A DNA stretch of 58,241 nucleotides, filler included, from Stramenopiles sp. TOSAG23-2 (lineage: Eukaryota), in NCBI GenBank assembly GCA_900128395.1. It is 6 parts of 6 records of this genome, joined end to end, with 100 filler letters (N's around TTAATTAATTAA, not from the genome) between each part and the next. Parts side by side here need not be neighbours in the genome. Positions count along the whole stretch, not along the records: positions 19,490 to 29,117 come from LT650092.1; positions 29,218 to 38,842 come from LT650093.1; 4 more parts are not named here. One strand, 5' to 3'. Made by a program: the position numbers and the translations under genes. Below are positions 25,108-35,395 of this stretch, piece by piece; the stretch's first letter is position 1, and each line of letters opens with the position of its first letter. The notes beneath the pieces are model-generated. The model was given only the letters and a program-made list of their open reading frames with translations. It ran no database searches and was not told where the DNA came from.

Positions 25108-25332
25108 TTATTTTATGGCATTAGTATCTATTTTTAATTCCGCAGTTGTTGATGACACTAATGTTTCATTAGAACGATGCCATGATTCTGCTATTTTATC
25201 CACATCCTGACCGACTTCTACAATCGATTCTAAACTTTTATTTAATTTTCTCATACCTGATATTGCACTATCACATGAAATTTTAATTTGTTTTATTAAC
25301 TCTTTTTTTTCCTCCGTTAATGTTGTAGACAT
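25108..25332 (-). CDS. DAD1: DASH/Dam1 kinetochore complex subunit Dad1-like (74 aa)
   Basis: EEKKELIKQI...MRKLNKSLESIVEVGQDVDKIAESW matches the Dad1 pattern LNRSLE.VI.VG.EF..V..LW; ATG at 25332. Confidence 0.7.
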   Translation of the reverse strand: MSTTLTEEKKELIKQIKISCDSAISGMRKLNKSLESIVEVGQDVDKIAESWHRSNETLVSSTTAELKIDTNAIK

Positions 25333-25724
25333 TTTCAAAAACCAAACAAAATAAAAATATAAAATATTCACACAAATAAACAAACAGCAACAATAATAAT
25401 TACAACAACAAACAGAATTGCAATACGTGTTTATGTTATTTACAAGACTATATTGTTTTTGCTATTATGTATATGACACATTGATAGTATATGGCATTCA
25501 CTTTATGTTTGTTTGTATTAGTATTTTTAATAAAAATATACTATACCAGGTACCTGGCAATAAAAAATAAATAATAATAATAATGCCCACAAAAAACAAC
25601 AAGTGCACAACAAAGAAGAAGAAATAGAAAGAATTTGTATTATTATTATATATATAAATATAATATAAACATAAAAACAATAATAGGATATAGAAACATA
25701 CTAATATACATAAATCAATCAATC

Positions 25725-26240
25725 ATGTCGAGTAAATATGAAGGGAAAACAAGTGATGGTGGAGGTGGGAAAACGTCAGAAAGCAATGAAGATACAAATT
25801 CTTTTGAAGTCACTGCATTAACAGTAGAACCAAATAATTGCTTATTGCAAGAGGAATTAAATATTATTATTCAGTTTGAATCAAATACCAATTTAAACGA
25901 TGCAACTTGGAATTTTCAATATATGGTGGATTCGGTTAGAAAGCGCCATATTATCGTATTAGGAAGCCTTGAAGGGCAAGATATTAAAATAGGAAGTAAT
26001 TCCTGTGAATTTCATGTGGATGCTATCAATGTTAGTGGTATACGTCCCTCTCGTTTAGCAAATGTAGGTCTCCTTTCTGCAACACTAAATACAAAAAATG
26101 AAGAGGAGGTATTGACAATAAATATGGTAGTACAAGTAGCAAAAAGCGAAGATAATAATAATGGTGGTGGTGGTAGTAAAAAATCTGGAGATGATGATAT
26201 ACCAAATTTTACCAGATGCATATTTAATCCATTAGAGTAG
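25725..26240 (+). CDS. Divergent ASF1-like protein
   Basis: V..L.VEPN, I.I.FE, W...YMVDS, IG.N..EF.VD and NVGLL follow the ASF1 beta-sandwich pattern; ATG at 25725. Confidence 0.6.
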   Translation: MSSKYEGKTSDGGGGKTSESNEDTNSFEVTALTVEPNNCLLQEELNIIIQFESNTNLNDATWNFQYMVDSVRKRHIIVLGSLEGQDIKIGSNSCEFHVDAINVSGIRPSRLANVGLLSATLNTKNEEEVLTINMVVQVAKSEDNNNGGGGSKKSGDDDIPNFTRCIFNPLE

Positions 26241-26451
26241 TGAAATACATGTGTCATATAATACGTATTAAAAATATATATAATATATGTGTGTGTAAAG
26301 ATACATGATGTATTTTATATTTGTTTTTCCATTTTTTTTTTAAATATTTATTTTTAAGAACACACATACATATGCATATCATAATGATATATATAAATAT
26401 ATTATAAATATATCTTGTTTTAAGAACACATTTTATTTATATTTTCTTTTT

Positions 26452-27408
26452 TCAATTCATTGGTGGTAATTCGCCTTTCGTGGTTGATCTCCTACCTTTC
26501 CCTTTATATTTTGATTTACGTTTTGATTTATCATGTTGAGTAGCTAAAGTGGAACTAGCTTTTTTAATTTTCTCCCTTGTCAATTGTTCACCTTCATCTT
26601 TATCACCACCCATATCATCATCATCCCCGCCATCTTCCATACCAAATGCATCAAATGCATTTCCATTACCAGCTACTAGATTAACACGTTGATTGTATGG
26701 GCGTGTTTCCATGATTTCACGATCGCTGATACCCATAATAGTTAAATTCTTAGCTACTGCTAATTTTTGCGTTGGGGTTGGGCTAGTTGCTTTGCTGCGA
26801 TTAATTTCTTTTAACAAACGAGTTAATAAAGATTCAACTTGATAAAATGCTTCCACAACAGTATCATCAGTTATTAAAATATGTTGATCATCTTCTTCAC
26901 GTATTGATTCAACTTTTTCTGTTAAATGTCGTATACCAGCCTTTACACCTAATAATTTCTTTGCGGATTTTTCATATTTATCTTTGACACGCTCTAATTT
27001 CACAGTTGCTACGCTTAAATTTTCCTCGCTATCATCAACCATTTTACGCTTATGTGTATTGCCTGTACCACTATATTTCAACTCATCCACCGTAGCTTTT
27101 AATTTCTCTTTCTCCTCTTTTAATGTTTCTATCTTTTGCTGATTATCTTTTTGCAAGTCCATTAAATTATTTTGCGTATCCTCTTGATTGACTATACCAT
27201 TTGCATTTGCATTCTTCGTCTCCCGTTGAATAGCAGCTAAACCACGTCTCAATTCTTTGTTTTCACTACGTACTTGTTGTATCAATGCTTTATTTGATTT
27301 CATCGTATGCATGGACATCTCATAATATGCTTTACGATCACCTTCCAATAAATGGAATTTTTGTCGTAAATCCTCCAACTCTTCTTCCGTTACTTGTGAT
27401 TCTTCCAT
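26452..27408 (-). CDS. Outer dynein arm docking complex subunit, CCDC151/ODAD3-like, apparently internally shortened
   Basis: LRQKFHLLEGDRKAYYE is the CCDC151-type N-terminus; LKYSG and VKAGIRHL.EK are C-terminal motifs. Confidence 0.75.
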   Translation of the reverse strand: MEESQVTEEELEDLRQKFHLLEGDRKAYYEMSMHTMKSNKALIQQVRSENKELRRGLAAIQRETKNANANGIVNQEDTQNNLMDLQKDNQQKIETLKEEKEKLKATVDELKYSGTGNTHKRKMVDDSEENLSVATVKLERVKDKYEKSAKKLLGVKAGIRHLTEKVESIREEDDQHILITDDTVVEAFYQVESLLTRLLKEINRSKATSPTPTQKLAVAKNLTIMGISDREIMETRPYNQRVNLVAGNGNAFDAFGMEDGGDDDDMGGDKDEGEQLTREKIKKASSTLATQHDKSKRKSKYKGKGRRSTTKGELPPMN

Positions 27409-28102
27409 GATATTGATATATATATTTATATATATATATATTCTTTTTGCTTGTAAAATATATACGATATGCTTTTCGTTTTTCTTGATTCAAATCTACA
27501 ATTATTATAATATATACAAATATATATATATAAGTATATTATTGATATGGCATACAATCTATCTCTGACTGATTCTTTCTATTGTCTACACCGATACATA
27601 TACTTATTTCTATATATCAAGATGTGTCCGAATATACAACGGTTTTCTAATCAAAAAAAGACACATGATATTCCCATCTTAATTATCGACATTTTTTTGT
27701 ATTGTGTCAAGTATAATTTTTTGCAATATAATATTTCTCCTATCAAAAGTCGTCCATCAAAAAAAAAGTAAAAGCGAATGGAAAAAAGAAAAAACGCTCC
27801 AGGATTGCGCAATCCTACGTACTGCACAGTATAAGGCAAAATTATGCTTTGGACACCTTTTTTTGTTGAAAAAAAAATATAAGTTAAAGCTATTAAAATA
27901 TGTGCCTAGTACTATTTATACTGTATTACATCAGTCAGTGCCACATATAATAATATAAATCTATTGTAGATACACACATTTGATTATATGGATGTACATG
28001 TATCCGGTGTGTGTAAAGATATATTATTACATGTAAAAAATTAGTAAAACATAAATATAACAATATATATATAAACAATATATATATATACATATACGAA
28101 AG

Positions 28103-28879
28103 ATGTCCGAGGCTGCAGAGATTATGAGTTCTCGGTCAGATCCTGATCCATTGAAAACTGTTTTGCTGCAAGAACTAGAAAGGTATAATAAATTGTTGAA
28201 AATATTGCGTTCTAGTCTTGCACAATTAGAACTTGGTATACAAGGCTTATCAGTAATTACGCCAGAATTAGAAACTGTATTTTTTGGCATGTTGTCAGGA
28301 ATCGTGCCAACTATGTGGTCATTTGCATATCCATCGTTGAAACCTCTTGGTTCATGGAGTATGGATTTGATTGCACGTATTGAACAAATGGATAAATGGT
28401 TAAACGATGCATTACCAAATGTATTTTGGTTCACTGGATTTACGTATCCGACAGGTTTTTTGACTGCTTTACTGCAAACGTGTGCGCGTAAAACAGGGGA
28501 AGCAATCGATGCATTGGGTTGGGAGTTCAATGTCATACCACAAGAAGAGAGTGGAATTGGCCAATATCCTAAAGATGGTGCGTACATGAAAGGTATGTTT
28601 TTAGAAGGTGCAAAATGGGATTATGAGCATGGATATCTTGCTGAACCAAATCCTATGGAATTGTTTTCACCTATGCCAATTGTTCATTTCAAACCTGCCA
28701 TGGCAAAGAAAAAGCCACCAAGAGGTACTTATCAATGTCCTTGTTATATGTATCCTATCCGTAGTGGTACTCGAGAGCGTCCATCTTATGTTCTAAATGT
28801 CAACTTAAAGAGTGGCCAGCAATCCAATGAATATTGGATTAAAAGAGGAACAGCTTTATTGTTGAGTTTAGCAGAGTAA
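28103..28879 (+). CDS. Axonemal dynein heavy chain C-terminal domain only (258 aa)
   Basis: PLKTVLLQELERYNKLL, YPSLKPLGSW, FWFTGFTYPTGFLTALLQ, GMFLEGAKWD, YQCPCY.YP.R, WIKRGTALLL. Confidence 0.92.
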   Translation: MSEAAEIMSSRSDPDPLKTVLLQELERYNKLLKILRSSLAQLELGIQGLSVITPELETVFFGMLSGIVPTMWSFAYPSLKPLGSWSMDLIARIEQMDKWLNDALPNVFWFTGFTYPTGFLTALLQTCARKTGEAIDALGWEFNVIPQEESGIGQYPKDGAYMKGMFLEGAKWDYEHGYLAEPNPMELFSPMPIVHFKPAMAKKKPPRGTYQCPCYMYPIRSGTRERPSYVLNVNLKSGQQSNEYWIKRGTALLLSLAE

Positions 28880-29117
28880 AATATTTTTACAAGTGTATCA
28901 TGTTATTTAAAGAAGAAAAAAATAAAAATTATATTATAACTTTCATTCGTACGAGCGTATTTTTTATTAAAAATTTATATACGAATATAATTCGCGTATA
29001 TATATATATAATATCATATATTTAATTAATGCATAGCTTATTTTTTAATTTATGATACTCACATGATAATTCCTACTCTCCAGAAAGAATACAATAACTG
29101 AGACAAATCTATCTCAC

Positions 29118-29217
29118 NNNNNNNNNNNNNNNNNNNNNNNNNNNNNNNNNNNNNNNNNNNNTTAATTAATTAANNNNNNNNNNNNNNNNNNNNNNNNNNN
29201 NNNNNNNNNNNNNNNNN
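29118..29217. other. Artificial contig linker
   Basis: Same 100-nt spacer. Confidence 0.99.
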
Positions 29218-30003
29218 AAAAAAACAATACTACGAGTATTAGAAGAAAAAGGAATTCAATATTGTATTGATAAATACACAGATATAACCAACCAGTTAAA
29301 CGGAGATAATATCAATGAAAGAAGTGTTTTAGATCTAATTGAAAAATCAATACCATCAGCAACAAAAGAATTATTAGATACAGTGGATATAGATAATATG
29401 AAAGAATTAATATCCCTCCGTAAAACATATGATTCTTCTAGTACAACTCGACGTCAAATATCTACATTATTATTTGGAAATAGAGATTTAATAAGAGCAT
29501 TTTATGAAATACGAGAAAAAGCATTAGATATATATATGAAAAATAGACATACAATGCAGAAGAAAGCAAAAGCAATGGAAGATAGATGGCATTGTTGCAA
29601 CAATTGTAATACATGTGTTGAAATAAATGAATTTGGTAAGATAGTTGCAAGAACTACAATAAAAGATGATAAATATAAACATTCTTTTCTAGGAAGAAGA
29701 ATGTGGAAAATTCATGACAACAAATTAAGAAAATATTGTGAAGGTTGTTTTCAAAGTACAAAGTGCAGTGGATGCAATTGTATGTATATTGATGGTAATG
29801 GCGATGATACTTATTGCACTGGTTGCACAGAACCTCTTTTTGATGCTGAAAAGCCAAATCGTTGTATAAATTGTCGAAATAAAGATAAAATGCAATATGA
29901 TAGGAAAAAAAATGCACGTAGATCTCGCGTTGTCTTAGATTCAAATAGAAGAAAGAGTCCGTGCAAAATTAAAACGTTCTTGTGTAGCAAAATACGTAAT
30001 TAA
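29218..30003 (+). CDS. 5'-truncated Cys-rich (multiple CxxC) hypothetical protein
   Basis: The frame is open from the contig start (KKTILRVLEEKG...). Contains CCNNCNTC, CEGC, CSGCNC, CTGC and CINC. Confidence 0.55.
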   Translation, partial: KKTILRVLEEKGIQYCIDKYTDITNQLNGDNINERSVLDLIEKSIPSATKELLDTVDIDNMKELISLRKTYDSSSTTRRQISTLLFGNRDLIRAFYEIREKALDIYMKNRHTMQKKAKAMEDRWHCCNNCNTCVEINEFGKIVARTTIKDDKYKHSFLGRRMWKIHDNKLRKYCEGCFQSTKCSGCNCMYIDGNGDDTYCTGCTEPLFDAEKPNRCINCRNKDKMQYDRKKNARRSRVVLDSNRRKSPCKIKTFLCSKIRN

Positions 30004-30554
30004 CTTTAATTTACAAATTAAAAAAAACCAACAGATGAATCTACTTCAAACAAAGATGCTTATGAAAATATTATTACAAAATAAATATATGGTTCAAGTT
30101 AGATATTTATATCTTTAAAAATACGATCTTGGTGTAAAATTGTAAAATAGCAACCAAACGTATCTTTTATATTAATTAATGTTTTTTATGATATTAAAAA
30201 AAATTATATATAAACGGTATAATATAACGGAGCGAAAAATGATGAAGGTTCGCGGAAAAATCGAAGCGATTTTCGGACAAAAATCACATTTTCCCATACT
30301 GTGTAGTGTTATTTAATTAGCATGAACACAGCAACTATTAAAAAGTATGGGGGATTTGGCTTTTTTCTCCTTGCGTAAGAATATATTAATATATATTAAT
30401 ATTCATAATAAATTGTACTTCGGTAATGCATGCTGAGCACCTGATGAAAGAAACATAATATAGAGTGTGTAAAAAAATTACGAATTTATCACTCCACCCA
30501 TCGCTCTCTTCATCAAATTTTACTTTCCATCACCACTAACCAAAAAAAACAATA

Positions 30555-31451
30555 TCAATGAACACCTCTTGGTCGTATCATTTTCATCACTAAACATGCA
30601 GCGCCAAATCCATTATCAATATTCAATGCACCAACGCCAGGACTACATGAATTTAAAATAGAATTTAATGCAGACATTCCACCTTGTGAGACACCATATC
30701 CAATCGAAGTAGGAACAGCAATAATTGGTTGTGGTACTAATCCAGCCAAGACACTTGGTAATGCACCATCCATACCAGCACAACATACTATGACATCATT
30801 CTCATCATTGCGTAATTCTGGTAATACCGATAACATACGATGTAAACCAGCAACACCAATATCATAATATCGTTCAACTTGTATACGTGGTGTTGATTGT
30901 AATTCTAATGTAATAGCAATTTCTTCTGCAACATTGACATCGGATGTACCAGCACAAACAATACATACTTTTCCACGTATTGTATCGTTGTTATTATCCG
31001 TTTCTTTTTGTTTTTCTGCACGTTCATGATCTTCTTTTAATGTCATAATACGTGCATTTTCATAATAATGTAGATTATCAATGGTTTCTGAACAAAATTG
31101 AAAGACTTCCTCTGAACATCTTGTTGCAATAACTGGTTCTATATTATTATTATTTTCATCACTATTATTGCGCCTACGGTTTGCCATTGATTCCATTATT
31201 TCACGTACATGTAATGGACGTTTACCACTGGTATATATAGCTTCAGGCACCCCAGTTCGTTTCCCTCTTCCAGTATCAATTTTAGTATGACCATCTGTAA
31301 CTTTTTCTTGTTGAAACATATTGGTATTTAATGTGTTCTTTGTATCATTTCCAATTAAATCAGATATAATAGTTGTTGATGATGAAGCATATCTTTTACA
31401 TATTGTTTTTAATGGTGAAATTAATATTTTACGAGTAATCATTCGTTTCAT
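30555..31451 (-). CDS. larB: LarB (nickel-pincer cofactor biosynthesis, AIR-carboxylase-like) with mitochondrial-type presequence
   Basis: R.G.PEAI...GK, ATR, AGTSD.NVAEE, DIGVAGLHR, AGMDGALPSV.AGL, PIIAVPTSIGYG, LNSCSPG...NIDNGFGAA. Confidence 0.92.
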   Translation of the reverse strand: MKRMITRKILISPLKTICKRYASSSTTIISDLIGNDTKNTLNTNMFQQEKVTDGHTKIDTGRGKRTGVPEAIYTSGKRPLHVREIMESMANRRRNNSDENNNNIEPVIATRCSEEVFQFCSETIDNLHYYENARIMTLKEDHERAEKQKETDNNNDTIRGKVCIVCAGTSDVNVAEEIAITLELQSTPRIQVERYYDIGVAGLHRMLSVLPELRNDENDVIVCCAGMDGALPSVLAGLVPQPIIAVPTSIGYGVSQGGMSALNSILNSCSPGVGALNIDNGFGAACLVMKMIRPRGVH

Positions 31452-32224
31452 TTTTTAAAATTATTATCTTCAATAGATACTGTAGAGGGAAAAAAAGATG
31501 GAAAAAGAAAGATACATTAATGTAATGAATGAATACTGGAGGATAATATCAACTTTAACCTAATATTAAATGAAATAAAAACTGATTTTCAATTTACTGC
31601 TAAAGAAATTGTAATTTAAAAAACAAAGATATATATATACAAATAGTTTAAGTTATTTTAAAAATGTTTGAAGATCGGAATGAATTGTTGCTTCTGGATT
31701 TTCCTTAAAGGTTCAAAAAAACCTGGTCTATTTCGTCGTATTCACCTGCTATAGCATTGTAATGATATTTATTTGCCGTACTTATGATGTACTAAATATT
31801 ATTATTATATCTATCAAATATTTACACGATTGTATGTCTATGTTGTATGCCGTATCCATATATATCTATCTATCTTTAGCAGGTGAATACTATAAACCGT
31901 TGTGGGTATTTTGGTGTCATATTATTGTCCGATTTCCGATTTCCATCTATCAAATGACCATAATCTATACTTGAAATGGAAATTAGAATAACCTTTTGTC
32001 TATTTTCCTTCTTCATTTTTCATCATAAAAATTTGTTGTTGATAAATAATATATACAGTATATATATATTTACATAATTACAAGAAGTGAAAAAGAGAAA
32101 AAGAACAAAAGACATAACAAACGTCATTTTTAACTAACCAAGGAACTGGATAAAAAGAAAGAATTAATAACACAATTGATTATTTGAATTTCCTGGTATA
32201 TATATACACACACGCACATATACA

Positions 32225-33463
32225 ATGGCAACCCTTGCAACTGATAATCAAAAGAATTATAAACGTTCATCATCAACACCACGTAGTAAATCAACTATCC
32301 TAATAAATAAAAATGTATCACCAGCTATAATTAAATTAAAAGAAGAAGTGGAAGATAAAAATGTAAATACTATTTCAGATGATATATTGATAGAATTATT
32401 GCAATCCGTTGAAGATGATCGTAAAGTATTAAAACAATTGGAACTTGAAATAGAATCATCCTCACTGAATACTAATCCGGTCCTATCAACGAATAATAAT
32501 AATAATAATAATAAAAAGAAATCATTTGAAAAAAAAGATAATAATAATAGAGTTTCTAAATCCTCTACCGAAGCAAAAAGAAGACAAAGGGAATTTCAAC
32601 GTCGTTTAACTGGTAAAAATAGACACAGTAATAGCAGTAAAAAAAAAAGTAGCCCAACAGCACCACCATCCGCGTCAATTAATAACATAGAAGAAAATAC
32701 AACATCCTCATCATCCTCATCATCATCGGATGTCATTACAATTGATGCAGTCATATCAAAACCAAATCCAAGACTTTTAAGAACAAACAGTGTCGATAAT
32801 GATAATAATACCAATAACCGGGCAAATACAACAACATCTCGAGTTACTGCAATAGAACCTACACAAGAATCAAACAATTCTGCACCACCTGATCCAGTTG
32901 CACGTCTATCAAATAGTATGGGATTTCCACGTCCATGTGTAGAAATTGCATTGAAACGATGTGATGGTGATTTAGAACGTGCAGTGAATGATTTATTGAC
33001 AAACATGTCCACTTTGGAAAAGTTAGCACGTCAAAATTCATGGAGAGATGAATTAAATAGTGGCGATTCAATCGATGTACAAGCTGATGGTCGATGGGTA
33101 GATGGTGTTGTGTTAGAAAAAAACTCACATCGCAGTTTAATTTTAGTACAATTTTTAAATCGTGAACAATGGTTTCGATTAGATACAAAACGGTTAGCAC
33201 AATATAATACCAAATCTAGAACGACTAGTGGAGAATATACTCGTAGTTCTTCTACATCGTCTACTTCATCATCATCGACTCCTCGTAGTAGTAGTAGTAG
33301 TAATACACATGTTGGTAATACTTTAAATGTTGATGATGAATCTAATTATTGGATAGAATATATTGATGAAGAGACGCAAGCACCATATTATTACAATACA
33401 CGTACACATATATCTTCATGGGAAAAGCCAGATTGTTTGGCAGGATCAGATATGCCAACTTAG
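32225..33463 (+). CDS. UBA + Tudor/chromo-barrel-like + WW domain protein
   Basis: UBA: SMGFPRPCVEIALKRCDGDLERAVNDLL. Barrel: WRDELNSGDSIDV...W..G.V...LVQF...EQW. WW: WIEYIDEETQAPYYYNTRTHISSWEKP. Confidence 0.8.
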   Translation: MATLATDNQKNYKRSSSTPRSKSTILINKNVSPAIIKLKEEVEDKNVNTISDDILIELLQSVEDDRKVLKQLELEIESSSLNTNPVLSTNNNNNNNKKKSFEKKDNNNRVSKSSTEAKRRQREFQRRLTGKNRHSNSSKKKSSPTAPPSASINNIEENTTSSSSSSSSDVITIDAVISKPNPRLLRTNSVDNDNNTNNRANTTTSRVTAIEPTQESNNSAPPDPVARLSNSMGFPRPCVEIALKRCDGDLERAVNDLLTNMSTLEKLARQNSWRDELNSGDSIDVQADGRWVDGVVLEKNSHRSLILVQFLNREQWFRLDTKRLAQYNTKSRTTSGEYTRSSSTSSTSSSSTPRSSSSSNTHVGNTLNVDDESNYWIEYIDEETQAPYYYNTRTHISSWEKPDCLAGSDMPT

Positions 33464-33772
33464 TCTAATACAGTGTATATAATGATATACATGGTATTTT
33501 TGAACGTGTATGAGTATGATATGATAGTAATTGATGTAAAGTGAATTAGAATTTTTTACATTATTTTTCAGAGTATCATTTAAAATATCATACAGAGAAT
33601 ATATTTTTTTTACAAAATGTACACGCGGGTTTACACATAAAAATAGTTTACAAACTCTCACACACACAATTCAAAAAGTGTGAAAATACATTTTTTCACA
33701 TACAATATAAGTCGCACTTCCACGCACAACTTATCATAATATACACACCTTCTCTCTCTCCCATATTAACTC

Positions 33773-34896
33773 TCATGGAGAATACAAATGTTGCAAATTT
33801 GGTCCTTTATGATTTTTAACTAAACGTTGTAAATCTTTTAACCAACCTAATTCCTTTGCAAATTTTGTTGTAATTAAATCAACTTCACCTAATACACAAA
33901 CATCACGATAATTTCTTGGGTGGCCAAATAAAAATCCACCATCACTATCATATTCACCACGTAATCCTACTGGGTCTAAATTAAATAACGCACGTGGTAC
34001 ATATGGTGCAACCATATCAATTAATTTACAAAAAGGTTGTACTTGTAAAGATGTACCTGCTACAATTAATAAATCACATTTTGCAAAATCATCATATGCA
34101 ATTTTTTGTAAATCCATTGAAACAGGTTCACCGAAAAACACGATATCAGGTTTTAATAATCCACCACAATGACGACATTTACATGATAATTTCTTTTTAA
34201 TCCTTGTACGAACCCAATTGCCATCTTCCGGTTCCCAACAATCAATACATGATGCAGTTGCCCATGTTCCATGAGCTTCAACAATTTTATAATGTGGAAT
34301 ACCGGCAATACGTTCTAACATATCGATATTTTGGGTATAGGTACGTAATAATTTACCTTTTTTATGTAATAATTGAATGAAAAAATGTGTTAAAGTTGGT
34401 GTATATAATCCAGGATATAATACACGTGCTAAATCATAAAATGGTGTTGGCTATATTATGAATGATAAAATATTTTGTTTGTATTTGTAATAATGTTAGT
34501 ATGTGTATATATTGATATATATATATATATTTGTTTCATAGTTTTTTTTTTTCAAATTTATTTTTGACGTTATTATTGAGAAAAAGAGAAAAATGATTAA
34601 CTTACATCCCTACGAAAATACTCTAAATCAAACATACACTCTGGTTCAGGTAAATTATATTTAGACAAATTACTATATAAACCTGTTCCAGGTGTTCTAA
34701 AATCTGGTATACCGGCAGAGCAAGATATACCGGCACCACTTAACCATATAATATTTTCACACATACCACTTTTCACTAAGTCTATAATACCAGCAAAATT
34801 TAACGTTTCTAAAGGACATTTATTTTTGTTTACAGCATATTGTACATACGGGGTGATGGGAGATGGCCCACATCCACATGACGGTGCACATCCCAT
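33773..34896 (-). CDS. Class I sirtuin (SIRT2/Hst2-like) NAD-dependent deacetylase; 2 exons, 322 aa
   Basis: GAGISCSAGIPDFR, YTQNID, AHG, CxxC...CxxC, KPDIVFFGE, GTSLQVQPF. A GTAAGT...TAG intron at 34605-34451 (155 nt) joins FRRD|PTPFY in frame. Confidence 0.93.
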
Positions 34897-35395
34897 TGTT
34901 TTCAATTGTTATTATTATTATTATGAATCAATCGATATATTGAATAAATATTATTTTACTCTTCTTGATTGTTCTGTTTTCTAATACTCTGTACAGGTGT
35001 TGTTCTTCTTTTAGTTTTTAGTTCTTAGTCGTCGTGACATATATAACGGTGTGATTGGTCGGGTTCATATTTGTACTTGTAGTAGAGTAAGAGAACCATA
35101 AAATTACCTATACAGTTGGTAAATCTAAAAATGACATTATTCACAACATATTGACGGGAAAGGTGAAAAGGGTCTTCATTCAACTACAGTAAAGTCAAAG
35201 ATGAACAAGAGAGAAGAAGGAGCGATAAAGAGCGATGAAGTGAAAGAGAGAGATCGGAACGACTGATTGGTGTCTAAGTACAGAAAATATTAAAAAAGTT
35301 GATAATTACGTTGTTCGTGGTCTAGAATTAGGCACATAAATTATACTGGTTAAACACACACAAGATAGTTTGTATGGACACACACACCTCCTTTT

